Assembly (NCBI GenBank): GCA_976551045.1
Contig: CDPCPM010000263.1
Span: 4,340,001 to 4,404,000 of the forward strand
Length of the DNA: 64,000 nt
From: Glaucostegus cemiculus
Taxonomy: Eukaryota
Direction: 5' to 3'
Shown here: piece by piece, positions 39,128-52,518 of the stretch
Numbering within the stretch: the first letter of the stretch is position 1
Layout of the letters: each line of letters opens with the position of its first letter
Made by a program: the position numbers and the translations under genes
The notes under the pieces: generated by a model
The model's input: the letters and a program-made list of their open reading frames with translations, nothing else
Databases searched by the model: none
Told to the model about the DNA's origin: nothing

Positions 39128-39510
39128 GTTTATTATTGTCACATGTACTGAAATACAGTGAAAAGCTTCTGTTTTGCATGCCATCCAGACAGATCATACA
39201 TAATTACATTAAGGTAGTAAAAAGAAAATGGAAAGCAGCATTTAGTGTTGCAGTTACAGAGGAAGTGCTGTGCAGCTAGACAAATGAAGTGCAAGGGCCA
39301 TGAAGAAGTAGATCGGGAGATCAAGAGTTCATCTTTTAGCGTATGTGAGGTCCATTTCAAGAGTCTGATAACTGCAGGATAGAAGCCATCCTTGAGTTTG
39401 GTGGTTTGTGTTCTCAGGCTTTTGTACCTTCTACTGGACGGGAGAAGTGAGAATGACCAGGGTGGGGGGGGGGGGGGGTCCTTGATCAAGTTAGCTGTTT
39501 TTCCAAGGCA
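39128..39510 (-). mobile_element. Rex1/Babar-like non-LTR retrotransposon 3' end
   Basis: ORF 39139-39723(-) contains FSLLPSSRRYKSLRTQTTKLKDGFYPAVIRLL; minus-strand tail gtacatgtgacaataataaacc. Confidence 0.75.
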
Positions 39511-40222
39511 GCAGGTTAAGTGAGTGAGCAAAAAGAGATAAATGGAGTATAATTTGGGGAAATGTGAAGTTTGCCCCTTTGGTAGAAAGAAGAGAAAAGC
39601 AGAGAAATCTAGGTATACTTGTACAAGAAACACAAAATTAGCATGTAGGTACAGAAGTAACTGGGCATATGGAATGTTCACACATATTGCAAGGGGAATG
39701 GAAGCAAGGATGTCTTCCTTCAATTGTACAGCGCTTTGGTGAAGCTACATCTCTATTGCATGACGTTTTGGTCTTATTTAAAAGATATACTGCCTCTGAG
39801 GAAGTATTGAGTTGATTAAACTGTATTTCTTAGAGACTGGAAAAATGAGAGGTGGTCTTATTCGAAGTATGATACTGAGGGGCTTGACAAGGTTGTATGT
39901 TTTGAGGATGTTTTCCCCAGTCTAAGAATCCAGAACAAGAGGGCATAATCTGTGGATCAAGGATTTTCCATTTAAGATTAAAATGAATCAGCATTTCTTT
40001 GAGATTTGTGAATCTTTGACGTTCTTTACCCTAGAGAGCTTTGAATGCTGAGGTATTATGTATATTCAAGGCTGAGATAGATCTGTTGTACTACAGAGCA
40101 ATTGAGAGCAATGAGGGTCAAGCAGGAGAGTGGAATTGAGGCCAACAATCAGATCAGCCATGATCTCATTGACCCGACAAGCAGGTTCAAAGGGCCTCCT
40201 GCAACCGCTTATTATATTTCAT
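39511..40222 (+). mobile_element. CR1 LINE 3' part
   Basis: MEYNLGKCEVCPFGRK (ORF 39542) and the CR1-type 3' region agatcagccatgatctcattga. Confidence 0.75.
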
Positions 40223-43200
40223 GGTAACTCACAGTTAGTAGACAGTTAATCTTGCCCCTGATTTCCTCTTCCAATTGAAGAATGTCTCTCTGATCCATAG
40301 ATCGCATTCTCCCTATTATTGGTCTTTACCAATGTAATTATATTATTTTAAGTCTTCTTTCCCTGTTGATGAAGGATCAGCATGTTGTGTAAACTGTCCC
40401 ATTTATATTCTTGACACTTTTCACAAAGCCAAATAACTGGATTTATATTAATATGTGCCCTTTTGATATTGTTTCCAGTCATCATGCCTCCACTGATGAT
40501 AAATGAGTTTCCATATGGGCCATTGGACTACCTTCGGTAGCTTTTGAATCTTAACATAGATCATTAAGGACACAAATGTCACAAACTACTGGTTAGCCCA
40601 GAGGTAGCAAAATATCACTGTGTTTTCAGTAGTATTTTTTAAAGTGCAGTGGATGGAGGGTATTCATATTCAGATCTAATTATATATTTAATTATATATT
40701 TAATTATATCTAATTAAATATGGAGGGTAGGGCCAGGGAAATAATGGTGTAAACTTTGATCTAAACTTTGTTGTTAATGCTGTTTATTAATGAAGTTTAT
40801 TAATTAACTCTAATCTTGGTATCTTCGCTGATGAAGGATAAGGTGTTCAGAGGAAATTAAGGAGAAAACTGTAAATTAAATGTAGTCATATTTTGAGAGC
40901 AGAAGATTAAAAGTTATTTGAAGAACTGTAGATTAAAAACAGTATTATTTGTAGGCTTAAAACAGCATTATTTGGAGAACTGCAGATTAAAAGTGGTGTT
41001 GTTTAGCCTGAACCAAATTTAACTGATGTCCCTCCATGTGACTTGCATATTTTCAGGCCTTCAGTGGTATCTTGTGTGGCAGGATGACAGGCTTGTATAA
41101 TTCTGCTCAGATTTAGACCTTGAATGTAACTGCAAGTGTTTATTATGGAATACCTTGTAAATATAATTAAAGACCAGCTCAACACTATACAAATAGTATT
41201 ATTGTTATAGATTGATATTATGACAGTACAATTTATTTAAATTATCTGGTAAGTACATCTGCTAAATCAAAATTCTAAAGTGGTATTATTTATATCGCTT
41301 ATTTCAAATTACTGAATAATTCAAAGATAGCTGAATTATCAGGAGCTGACCATGTTGCATTTTTCTTGATGCAATAGTTGTTTGTTTCTTAAAATTCTTG
41401 CCATGTTGTTTTTGATACAGAACAAAAACACTTACAAATCTGCATTGTGAATTCCTTGTGAATAAGGAAACTCATACTCAGCATTGCAAAGATCTAATCT
41501 TTATTTTTCAAAATGAAGTCAGTAGCATACAATCAATCTATCAAAGATGAGACTAAATTTTTATTAACCATTCAGACAAGATCAATCCAGTAATCTAATA
41601 GTTTAGTTTTTAAATGGGTTGCACTTGCAGGTGTAGTCAGAAAGTGAATCAAATGACTTTTAGCTTGTTTCAGAATAAAGATGCTTTGAACTTTGTGGAT
41701 GCATCCACACATGCAGGGCATCAAACTGTCACACAAGTAAAATTCTACACCACACTTCAAACAAAGTATAAGCAAAAGGAGGCACAATAGAACATATCTT
41801 CATCAAATTGACACAATGTTAAGTTTTTGTATAACAAAAATTACAAAAAAAGCTAGACTAATGATTAATTGATCCATTATTTTTTTTCTCTTATGGACAC
41901 AGAGGTGCAGGACAAACCCTTCTTGTCATTAAGTTACGCACAGCCCCAACTTCAGCTGCAAAAGAAAGTTGTGCATTGCCTGCTATGATAGTTCTACCCT
42001 CATGAACAGATCTATGAGAAATCATCTATCATATATTATAAAATAAAATATTCATGGTAATTTCTTGATTCCGATAACATTTTTAAAACCCAGCTAAAAG
42101 AATGACTGGTTAATAGAAAGAGGCCAACTGAATTAAGGAAACAATGGCAGTTGGTCATTGCCATTCTGAGCACTGGTAGAATAATTATTTTTCTCATACT
42201 ATTATATTACAAATGGAAAAGAAGTGGGAAACAATATAGAATTAGATCTGAATATGATTGTATTTCTACTCTTATCCTCCTCTGACACTTGAGAATTGTG
42301 AATCTGCCAGACTATACTAAGGGCTTTTTCACTTGAGCTTGAAATTGAAGAAATGAATTATTTATAAGCATTGTGTCATTAGATCCAAGCATAGCAGTTT
42401 TGTGAAAATACTGCGGTTTTTTTAAAAAGAAACGAGAGTGGTCCCAGTGCCAAAATGATCTAATAACCGTGGTATAGCAACCTGACCAGTGTTGCTTTAT
42501 GTGTTCCTGAATAATTTAGAGTGTTTATTGACTTTATACAAAGCAATTATGAGCCTTAATAATCAAAACATTCCTGTAAAGAAAGTGACCATTTAGAGTC
42601 CAATCTTTGTATGCCTAAGGATAAGAAAAAGACACATGTAGTACCTGATATGTTAGAAAAGCATCTTTACTTCAACCTGTTATGAAAATTTTGTGTTAGT
42701 ATATCCCATTTGTACTGAGCAACCACCCCCTCCCCCAATCCCTGCATCGCACAGTGTGTAAACTTTAGATTAAATACACCTTGACATTACTGTGAAGTTA
42801 AATTGCACTTTGTCTTTTCGAACATGTATGACTTTTGGTGAACAAGCAAGCTTACAGAACCAAAATGATTGAATTAAAAGAGCAGTACTTGATTTTGGTT
42901 TGGCTTTGCTGCTGAGCTTAAGTTACACCTCATATTGACTAAATGTAAATAATGTGTAAACTTTAAAAAGGTCTACCACATTTATCAAATTCATTTCCTG
43001 ATGGGTCAATTTGAGGCCAGAATTTCAAAATATTTTAAAACAAGCAACAAGTGCAGGTGAAAGAGAATTGGCAATGGGCAGAGAGTTAGGTATTTACAAT
43101 TTTAAAAATGATACCTTTTGTGTAAAGGTTCTCAGAATAGATAAGAAATTGTCAAACAGTTGTTACTGTGTGGAAGCAGACTTTACTTGGTTTTGAATGC

Positions 43201-46200
43201 ATGAAGGATTAACACTAAAGGCTAACCCTTGAAATTAAAAATAAATGTGATCTGAGAAGAGCAAGAAACTTGCATTCATTGATGATTTCCTTTGTTATTT
43301 TATAATTGATTCTTACTTGAGGTATCTGTGATTTTAAGAGGCAATAAATGTTATTGATTTCCAGTGTATTGTCTTGTGATCTCACTCAAATATCTAGAAA
43401 ATGTTTTAAGGGACTGAGTTTTAGTTTGAATATAAGCCTACTCTCCTACATTCTTGTGCAATTGAGCCTGAATACATTTTTGGTGAGATAAACAATTACT
43501 TGTAGGAAGTTTTAGCAGTCTTGAACTATGTTTTCCATACTTATCACAAGAATACACTGTTTAGCAGCTTTATCTTTTACATTAGCAATTATTTAAAGCC
43601 AACTCAAATAGCAAAGATTTTAGGTATGTTAATATCAAAATAGTATCCTGAGACAATCAAATGTTGAATTCTGAATAGTAACCCGGTTTTATTCCAATTA
43701 AAAATCTGTCTTATCAATGGAACTTCTGCTAAAATAAACTTCCGTTACTCACTAATGAGGATGCAAAATATTCTGAATCATTCTATCCTTAATGCGTGAA
43801 TAATTATCATATCTGTGCTGAAAATAGACTTGGATTCATTTTAATCATTTTCTTTCTAACTTTTCTGTATCTAGCCAAAAAAAATCTGTATATCTTTGTT
43901 TCACATCAGCTCCATTGACATCTTAATCCTGTACAGTTGAGTCCAAATAAAGGCATACCTGCTGAATCCTAATTTACTCTGTCCATGGAATTTCTGATCT
44001 AAATAGCCCAGGGACATATGCCAATATCCTTGATCAGCAGTGTTGGTCATGTCTTTATCAGGATTCAATTGCATTCCAATAAATTTATCGTACTGCTTTT
44101 TGTAATGAAGTGCAATCTCTTGTATAAAAATGCTTAATGCTTTAAAAGACTTTCTACCTGAATCTGCTTTCTTTAAGCTTTTCTTTCTGTAATTTGCTCT
44201 GTTTGCAAAAGTATTGCATGTGAAGTCTAATCTGTATTTTAAATAGCTGTTATACTCTGTAATGTATGACTACTGCATATAGTATTTTCTGACTTTTTTC
44301 TGAAGTGGCATCTTGCTAATAAACATTAATCTTTGAATATTTGGTGGTGTAATGTCATGTTGACTTGCCCTAACTAAAATTGCCCAGATTAAGTGGTAGG
44401 TGTCCTTTTTGCCCAACTAATGCAAGTGTACAAAAAGATATAACCAACAAAAAAGACATGCAGTGCACTGACTGTAACATATCAAAAGCCATTTTAAAAA
44501 TAATCATAAATCTCAAAGCATTTTTGACCAATAAAGACACTATGATTTAAATGATATAACTTAGTTCAAATATTGTGCATTCTTCTATGTCTATAGTAGA
44601 AAGTGACCTCCAATTATAACCCACCTCTTTTTTTTACCCCCTGTGGCTATTCAGTTGGGCAGGATAATATTCATTTGATTTAAACTTGTTGATGTCCCAT
44701 AGTGATGCTCACTGACAAAATCCTGAGGAAGGATCCTCTATCATTGCAGTTGTGTTCCATTCTCTCAATTTTTTTTGTGCTTTTTACTTTTCTCTGTTGT
44801 TTACATTCACTATCATTATCATATTTCTTCCCTGTGTGTCTTTAAATCTTGTTCTTTGTGTCTCTGTGATCCTTCATTAAAGAGCCTCCTCTCCTCTGTC
44901 TCATGTCTTTACCTCTCATCCTCTATATGTCTTAGCACATGAACCTTTACTAATTTACTCAATCTGTAGCTTTCTCTTCTCGACATCTCCTCAATACCTA
45001 CCTTTTGTTATTTCTCCTAACTATTCTACAATAGTTTATATTGACCCATGTGAAATGCCAATAACATTTAAAGTTTTGTAATAAAGTTGGAGGCATGTGG
45101 AAGGAAGATAAAGTGGGTACTGAGGCAGGGGCCAAAAGCCCTGAAGGTGATGCATTGTATGAGTGTGAGAGCACCTGGGGGCTTGTTCTGGGAGTAGGAG
45201 ACTGGAGGCAATACGATAGAGGGAGGAGGAGAGGAGTCTGGAAACGTTCCATTGCTACAGTAGATCTGACTAATCCTAAACATCATGGGAGAACCTGAAG
45301 GGATACCACAAAGGCTCAGCTGGAAGTATGTGTTACGTTCTTATAGGGCAAAATTGGAATTGTTGGGTTTGGAAGTTAGCATGAGACAGCACAAAGCTAA
45401 GTTCTGAGGCCACAAATCAAGCTTGAGAGCCAGGGAAAGTGGTAAAATTTGGGCTTTGAGTTTGGACAGAATGGAGCAGAGCTCATGTGTGGAGAATATT
45501 GTGGGATTAGAATGTGGATCTGGAAATTACAGTGGGGTCAGGCTCTGGAACTATGTAGAGCAGTAAAACCATATAATTACTGCATGAGGGTCTGCAGAAT
45601 TAACGTATGCAAGTGGGCCACTGTAAGAAGGAAGTAAGCCAGGGCTGGTGTCCTTGAGGTATGCTTGTAAGTGATCTGAGCACCAGCAGTATGTAAAGAG
45701 CCTGGGATTTCATGAAAAATTGAACTTTTTGACAGCTTAAAAACTTCTGAAGATAGATTTCCAATCACCTGCTTGCCCCACAGTGTCACATGATTGTACT
45801 TAATGCATTAACAAGTTCACAAGAGCATTGCCATTACACATTTCAACCAAAATTGTTTGTCGTACGTCCCAGGTTGGGTGGCACCCATTGGAAAGAGAAC
45901 CACAATTAATATTTCAGATCAAACAGATATTCTGTGATAACTATCAATGGAAGTATGGTAGGAAAAATGTTTTATAGGAAACATGTATGACATTCACATG
46001 TGTTTTAGCACGCTCATTTATAAATCCACCAAATTAAAAATAATTTTGTTAGATGACTAAACATTACTTCTGGAGGGACAGTGACTCCTGGTTAGATGTT
46101 GGTGTGATTAGATTTTTAACTTTCTCATTAAATAAACGTACACAGAAAATAGAAATTAAAATAAGAAATCATGTTCATGGCCTATGAGCTATTGGGGTGA

Positions 46201-46391
46201 ACTGGAACTGCCTTTACTCCAAAATATTTTCTTCATTCTATTGTGGGAAACACACAAAGATATTAACAAATTCAGTCACATTTTTCATCTGTGGGTAGCA
46301 TTTGGGCACATTATTTCCACTGTGTTTTGACCCATTAGTTAAGTCCTATAACTGTGTAAAAGAAATCTGCGTGAATAATTCCATAATAAAA

Positions 46392-46566
46392 AAATAGAAA
46401 ATATTGCAAGTAGTCAACAGGTCGGGCAACATCTGTGGAGAAAAATATAGTTAACTTTCCAAATAAATGACCTTTCATCAGACCTTCATTTGATCTTAAC
46501 TGTTAACTCTGTTTCTCCCTCATTAGATGCTACCCGACCTGTTAAATATTTCATCAGTGTTTTCTG
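46392..46566. mobile_element. Fold-back element formed by two inverted Penelope-like terminal repeats
   Basis: aacaggtcgggcaacatct (46416-46434) pairs with agatgctacccgacctgtt (46525-46543) at 17/19; minus-strand CTGATGA-AAGGTCA near the centre. Confidence 0.8.
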
Positions 46567-47809
46567 TCAATTCATATTTCAAGCATACAACATGTTTTTC
46601 CACAGTCCCATAAATTATTCATTTGTACCAGTCTAGACTTGTATCCTGCAATACACAGTCATAAACTTTGCAACATTTTTTGCAATGAAATTAAAACTGA
46701 ACGTAAGAATTTGGCTGCAATTGTTACTTGCATATTTTTTGCAGGATTATAAATTATCTTGTGTTGAAAGTTTTCTTCCCCACCCATCTATTTGACAGTC
46801 ATTTTGGAAAATTTGTATTTATCTACATGGTGTTATTCAATTTATAATAAAACTATAACAACATTGATATTACCAATATTCACAGCAGCTTTCCATTGTG
46901 AACTCGTAATTTTAAAAATGGCCTTCTACCTTTGGTTGCTTTGCTATTGGCCTATGATCTTGACTCTACATTTAAAAGAAGATACTACTAAAAGTTAACT
47001 GCCTGCTGAAAACTGGAAAATCTGAAGGAGAATTGTTTTTAAGTGACTTTGGACATGTTTCAGTATCCGGTTATCAGCAGTAATGCTAAAAGACAGCAAA
47101 TTGATTGCTGCCTTTATTTTGATAGAAAGAACATAGCCCAAGGGAGATTAGAATGTTCCCCTGAGTTATTATAAATGTTTAAATAAATGTCAAATAGATG
47201 ATGAAGGTACTTTTAATTATTGTCACTGATATCATTAAGTGGATTGTGGTTTTTTTCGTCTTAACTGTGAGGGAAAGAATACCTTATGTTATACTAAAAG
47301 ACATACTTTATCTTTCAGCGTCGGGTTAGCCAGCTGAATTACATTCAAGCAGGCACCTTGTAAGATGGTGGGGAGGGAAATTCTATCTATCCTAATCTTC
47401 CTATTTTTACAGGAGTTTCTCTCAGTAACAGTGGCATTCAAAGAATTGCAATAGGTGCTAAATAACTAGCAAAATCTTTCTCATCTGACATGAATCCTTG
47501 ACATTCATGACTTGAATTCATGACTTGCAGATGACATGATTTCTCATTGTAGATAACCCTGACCAAGAAAGTTAATTTGAGCTTTTTAGCATCATTTTTA
47601 GGACACCATTATTTATATTAGTTGTATGTTGTCTGTCACCCTGAATGGTGAGCAGTTTGCATTATTCCTGACCATCCACTGTGCTATTCTTTGAAATCTA
47701 GGAGGGTGAACCATGCTTCCAACATACATCTCTTTATTTCCCTTTTTCCTCCTCTCTCACCGATACACATCTTACCTATCTTCAGTAAACGGTTTCCTGC
47801 TATGAATTG

Positions 47810-48250
47810 ATCAAAGTCAAGTTTATTGTCATATGCGCAAGTACACATATGCACGGGTTTAATGAAAAACATACTTGCAGCAGCATCACGGCCACATAGC
47901 ATCATATAAGTAGCATTTACAAGGAAAACATAAATTATATACAATGTTTACAATTAGAACAGAAACAAAACAAAGTCGATTTCAATGCAAAATGATCAAA
48001 GTGGTCATAGTGTTGGTAAACTGTAGTGATTAGCGTTGTGCCAGTTGATTCAAGAACCAAATGGTTGCAGAGAAGTAACTATTCTTGAACCTGGTGGTGT
48101 GGGACTTCAGGCTTCTGTAGCTCCTGACCAATGGTAGCTGCAAGAAAATGGCATGGCCTGGATGGTGGAGATCTTTGATGATGGATGTTGCCTTCTGGAG
48201 GCAGCACCTCCTGTAGATACTACCAATGGTGGGGAGGGATGTGACCATGA
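47810..48250 (-). mobile_element. Rex1/Babar-like non-LTR retrotransposon 3' end
   Basis: ORF 48030-48299(-): KATSIIKDLHHPGHAIFLQLPLVRSYRSLKSHTTRFKNSYF; minus-strand tail atatgacaataaacttgactttga. Confidence 0.8.
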
Positions 48251-48511
48251 TGATATGTTCAAAATGGTTCTCATCTGACCAGCTAGGATTTGGCAACAAT
48301 TGGAAACTTGACTTGAAATTCCAACGCTCTTTGATATTCCATCTGCTGGTGCTGTCTTATGATTTTAGTTCTGTGCTACCTGTTTCAATGATTTCAATGC
48401 AATACACTGATTATATTCAGAATTTTTGTATGTTGTTGGTAGCTGATAGCCAGTGGTATTAGGTTGGTAAGAGTCAGTTACTATACAAGATATGATCTTT
48501 CATGGAGAAAC

Positions 48512-48870
48512 TGGAGCAGTAGTATCGTGGTAAGTGGTTAGTCTCCGGAGACCCTAATGTTGTTGTGGACATAACAATTCAAACCTCATTGTGGCATTGA
48601 GGGAGTTTAAGTTCAAGTAATTGAATAAATCTAGAATAAATAAACTGGATGATGACTGGATTAGTAATAGTGACAGCAAAACTACCATATTGATGTAAAA
48701 ACCTGTTCGGTTTACTAATACTTGGGGAAGGAAACCATCTGCCCTTACCCAGTGCAGTCTAAATGTAGTTAACCCTTGCTCTCTGCAATGGCCCAACATG
48801 GAAAGTTAGGGATGGACAACAAATGCTAGTCTTCAGAGCAATATTCACATCCCAAGAACACATAAATTAA
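48512..48870 (+). mobile_element. Old tRNA-derived SINE with CR1/L2-group tail
   Basis: Head gtggtaagtggttag...aattcaaacctc; tail ttagggatggacaacaaatgctagtct...cacatccc shared with LINE ends at 4830 and 22550. Confidence 0.55.
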
Positions 48871-50566
48871 AAGAACTGTATCTGTTTTAATATCTAACAA
48901 GCTGCATTTTTGTTTGGGTAGCCTATTCAAAAATAGTTGTAACATACTCTATACACAGACAGGAAAACAAATTAAGTAATGTTAAATCTGGGTAATGATT
49001 TAACTGATCAGAGAACAGATTTATGCAAGAAAGCATTGCCAAATCCATCATTGATGAATGTTGGTGTTTCAGATACTTATAGACTAATGATGCTTGAATA
49101 GATATTCCTAATGACAAGTGAAGCTGTAAAAAAAAAATAATGCTTCTTACGATGAGTTCTGCTTGTATAGTTAACGATGAGCTTTGTGGTTGAGATTTAA
49201 AGAAATTGTAAACAACTGTAGTTGCAGTATTTCAAAGCAATTGAATTTTTATCTTGTTAATGATGCTGCCTGCAAGTTCTTGTTTCGGTGCAACAATTAC
49301 TAATTTATTCTGACCATCACTGTTGGCAATCGTCTGCATTTGCTGCAGATTTCATTCCAGATCTCATCAACTAGCTGTTCTTTGATTGTTTGCAGGCTAA
49401 TGCCAGCAGCATCAAAGACAACGGAAATCCATTTTTGACAGTGTAGGAAATTAAACATTGGAATCTTTTTTTTGAAAAAGATGACTAATGATTTTGTTTG
49501 GTCTGTGAGTTGTGTTGATTATTACTTAGTAAATTGCAGTTACGTCATGAATTTTATTTTTGTTCACAACTTCCTATGCTGTAAAAACACTCTGTGCAAT
49601 GAATTTGGTTGAATAACTTGTTTGTGGAGTTGTCCTATTGATACCGTAACTGACTGATGGGGGTGGAGAGGAGTGGCAGAGCCTAAGGTGACTTATTTTT
49701 GTCCTCTGCTTGGTCAAGATCAGGAACTTACTGTGTGGGATATCATGGGCACACACCATTCCATGACTTAGAACACTGGAGCTCTGCTGTATAATGATAT
49801 CCAGCAATTATGCTGTTTAAATTCTGCTTGTGTACCTGTCTAGCCTGAACCATTCTAAAAATAGTCAGGAGGTTAGTCAGCTGAAGATGCTGGATTCCTT
49901 TTCAAATCGCCAAACTTAAGTATGTTGTCATATCTCTTGGTTATCTTTCACAATCCATAGCATGTGCAAAATGCCTAAGAATTAACAGACCATGTTTGAT
50001 TTGTGAGTGCAACGGTTAAGGAAATAATGATAACACATGCTGGTTACAACCAGTGACATGCTTCAGCTTTACATAACTGAAGCTGACTGTCAAATCTACT
50101 TCACTGTTAATTTGGAGAACCACGATCTTTAACACAAGTGACTCCGGGTCCATGCTTGAAGCCGAAAGAGAAAAGATATTTGTCAACATAAGACAAATCA
50201 CTCTAAGTCTTTAAGGTTTTTCTTGCCATGTCAGCTGGAAAATAAATGTTGGAGTTGTGCCTCGGCAAGAGCAAAAAATCTTAATCACTTTTGACACATT
50301 CTTTTAATTTCCTAAAGCAGATGTCAGTTGGGCTTCTGAAAATCATGAAAGACGCTGACAATGGCTCTGAGGTCTAATTCAAATAAACCAGTCAGCTGAA
50401 GTACAAATAAATAGTAAGGGTGAGCATCCACTGATCATTTCAGGTCTTGTAATATTTTTAAGTACAGGAAGTATTTATTAGTTAAAATGTGTCTTTCTAC
50501 CAAATTATAATCATTTAAGGAATTCAACGTTTAAGGTCTGTGATCAGAATTCACTGTTTCTTTCAG

Positions 50567-51196
50567 ATCTGGATGACTTTAAGTTTGACCCGTTTGGTAA
50601 CTTCAGCAGTGGCTCTGCAGTGAGCAGTTTAACCAGTTATGATTGGTCTGAGAAAGAAGACTCTGGCTCCCAGATTAAGAAGCAGCCACCATTCTTCTTT
50701 AATTCAGAGGGCAGATCCTTATCCTCCACCTCAGTGCTTCAGAAGAAAGAAACTTCTTTCGGCAGCTCCGAGAACATCACTATGACGACTGTCTCCACGG
50801 TAACAACATTCTCAGCTGAGGATGCAAGCTCCCAACACAAGTTTGATGCCTTTGGAGACTTCAAAGAGACTGCAGAGCAGACTGCAGAGAAAAAGGAAAG
50901 TAGTAATGACTTTGGGGACTTTACAATTACTTCATATAGGGAGGGAGAGATTACAGAGCCTAATGTGGCAGAATCAACCCTGGGTGATGCAGAGCAAAGC
51001 ACTGAGGTCCCTGTCACAAATGGGGTTTCCTCCGAAGAAACAAAAACTGAAGCCTTTGATGAATTTGGGGAATTTCAAAGTGAAAAGCCCAAAATTAGTA
51101 AATTTGATTTTCTAATGGCTAGTTCCCAGGGCAAGGTGAAATCCAGTGAAGAGATGATCAAGAGTGAAATGGAAACATTTGACCTTTCTGTACAAG
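50567..51196 (+). CDS. SYNRG: SYNRG window exon 15 (630 nt, symmetric phase 1): DLDDFKFDPFGNF...LQKKETSFGSSENITM...DEFGEFQSEKPKISKFDFL...TFDLSVQ
   Basis: ctttcag|AT...ACAAG|gtatgt; in frame with ORF 50620-51204. Confidence 0.97.
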
Positions 51197-51461
51197 GTAT
51201 GTAATGACAGGCTGTATCCAGTCCTAAGTTGATTTTGGTAATAGTACTACTTAAGCTCAAAATTGACTTCTGCAGAAGCATGTACTTGGTGAAAAGAAAA
51301 TTTAGATTACTGGAAAAATGGTTGTTCAAACTTAAAAATAACAATTAGTAATTTTGTTCTGAATTTACAAGGAACAAATTTATAGACTAACTTACTAACA
51401 TACTTCAAGATGTGGTTGAATATGTCCCATATTAAGTTTCCTTCTCAACAACACCGTTAAC

Positions 51462-51665
51462 AGCAGCTTATATTTATGTACCTTTTAATGTGGGATATGT
51501 CCCAAGGTACTTCATGGATGCCAGATTGAAGGAGGTACAGTTGGGAGGGGTGATCGTTAGCTTGGTCCAAGGCTGAGTTTTAAGGAGGCTCTTTAAGAAT
51601 GATGAGAGAGAATGTTTAAGGGAGATTTTCAGAGAGTAGATCCAAGGTAGCTGAAAGCATGCTCA
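51462..51665 (-). mobile_element. Old L2-type LINE 3' end
   Basis: cagcttatatttatgtaccttttaatgtg...gtcccaaggtacttca resembles a reverse-complemented L2-type tail (recalled). Confidence 0.4.
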
Positions 51666-52518
51666 CTAGTTGAAATTTTCTCCTTTCTGGAGCCAAATCC
51701 TTGTCCTTCCCATTTTCCCAAACCATTACCCACCTGTGGAAGTCAACATTTTTCAAGATTGCCTGTGACAAATTTTACATTTGCAGTAAAATCCATTCCT
51801 TAGAGAATGTGATTTTGTCTTCTGAAACGTTTCCATGTTAAAAAAAAGTTGCTTGCTACCCTGACAAAAAGATCAGTCTGTACATAATATTGACAGAAGA
51901 AAAATGTTCCATCGGAGGTTGAGATCTCAGAATGATTCTTGATCTATAGTGAAATCTAGACTCATACATCAAATTAACTGGCACGTTTTTAAACTTCATG
52001 GTGTCTAATTGTTAAAACAGATTCTCAGTTAAGTACTGCTGGCTGTTCTAAGCAGAGGGGATTTTCTTATGTTATTGACAAAAGAATGCAAACTCTTCTG
52101 TGGTCACAGATTTTAATACGTAGTAAAACTCCAATAATACAGCATCTGATTGCTCAGAAATCCTGATGGTCCAAGATGTAAGTTGGGCTTCCAGAGTTGG
52201 AGGTCCACAGTATGGTTGGGGGCTGGGATCCAGGCTGTCAGCTGAGTGTGTGGCTGGAGCCAACACCGAAACATTAGGGGTCAGGAACGTGGCTACATTT
52301 GGAGCTGGGATCCTAATGCTTGTTTATTTCCCATTCCCTTGAAACTCTGGTTCACTTGGGGAATTTTTTATACTATTGTATAACACATTTCAAAGAAAAG
52401 TGATATCGAAGTGTGTTGTGGTATTAATAGGAAAAACATCCTGATGAACCTGCAGGTCTGGCACCACCATGCCAGATTATTGGAGTTTTACTATATTGAC
52501 CAGGCACAGTTTTTGTTA

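Noticed and set aside
39464-39478. G15 run as a functional element
   Set aside because: A homopolymer inside a decayed retroelement; its length is unreliable in assemblies.
39139-39723. 194-aa minus-strand gene
   Set aside because: A chimeric frame across an antisense CR1 fragment, a G run and a Rex1-like 3' end.
40677-40720. Short AT tandem (taattatatat) and similar small duplications at 30752 and 47505
   Set aside because: Ordinary slippage products in AT-rich DNA.
30228-50566. Nested protein-coding gene in the 20-kb intron
   Set aside because: I found no chain of exons encoding a recognisable protein on either strand; ORFs here are short or transposon-derived. A non-coding transcript cannot be excluded.
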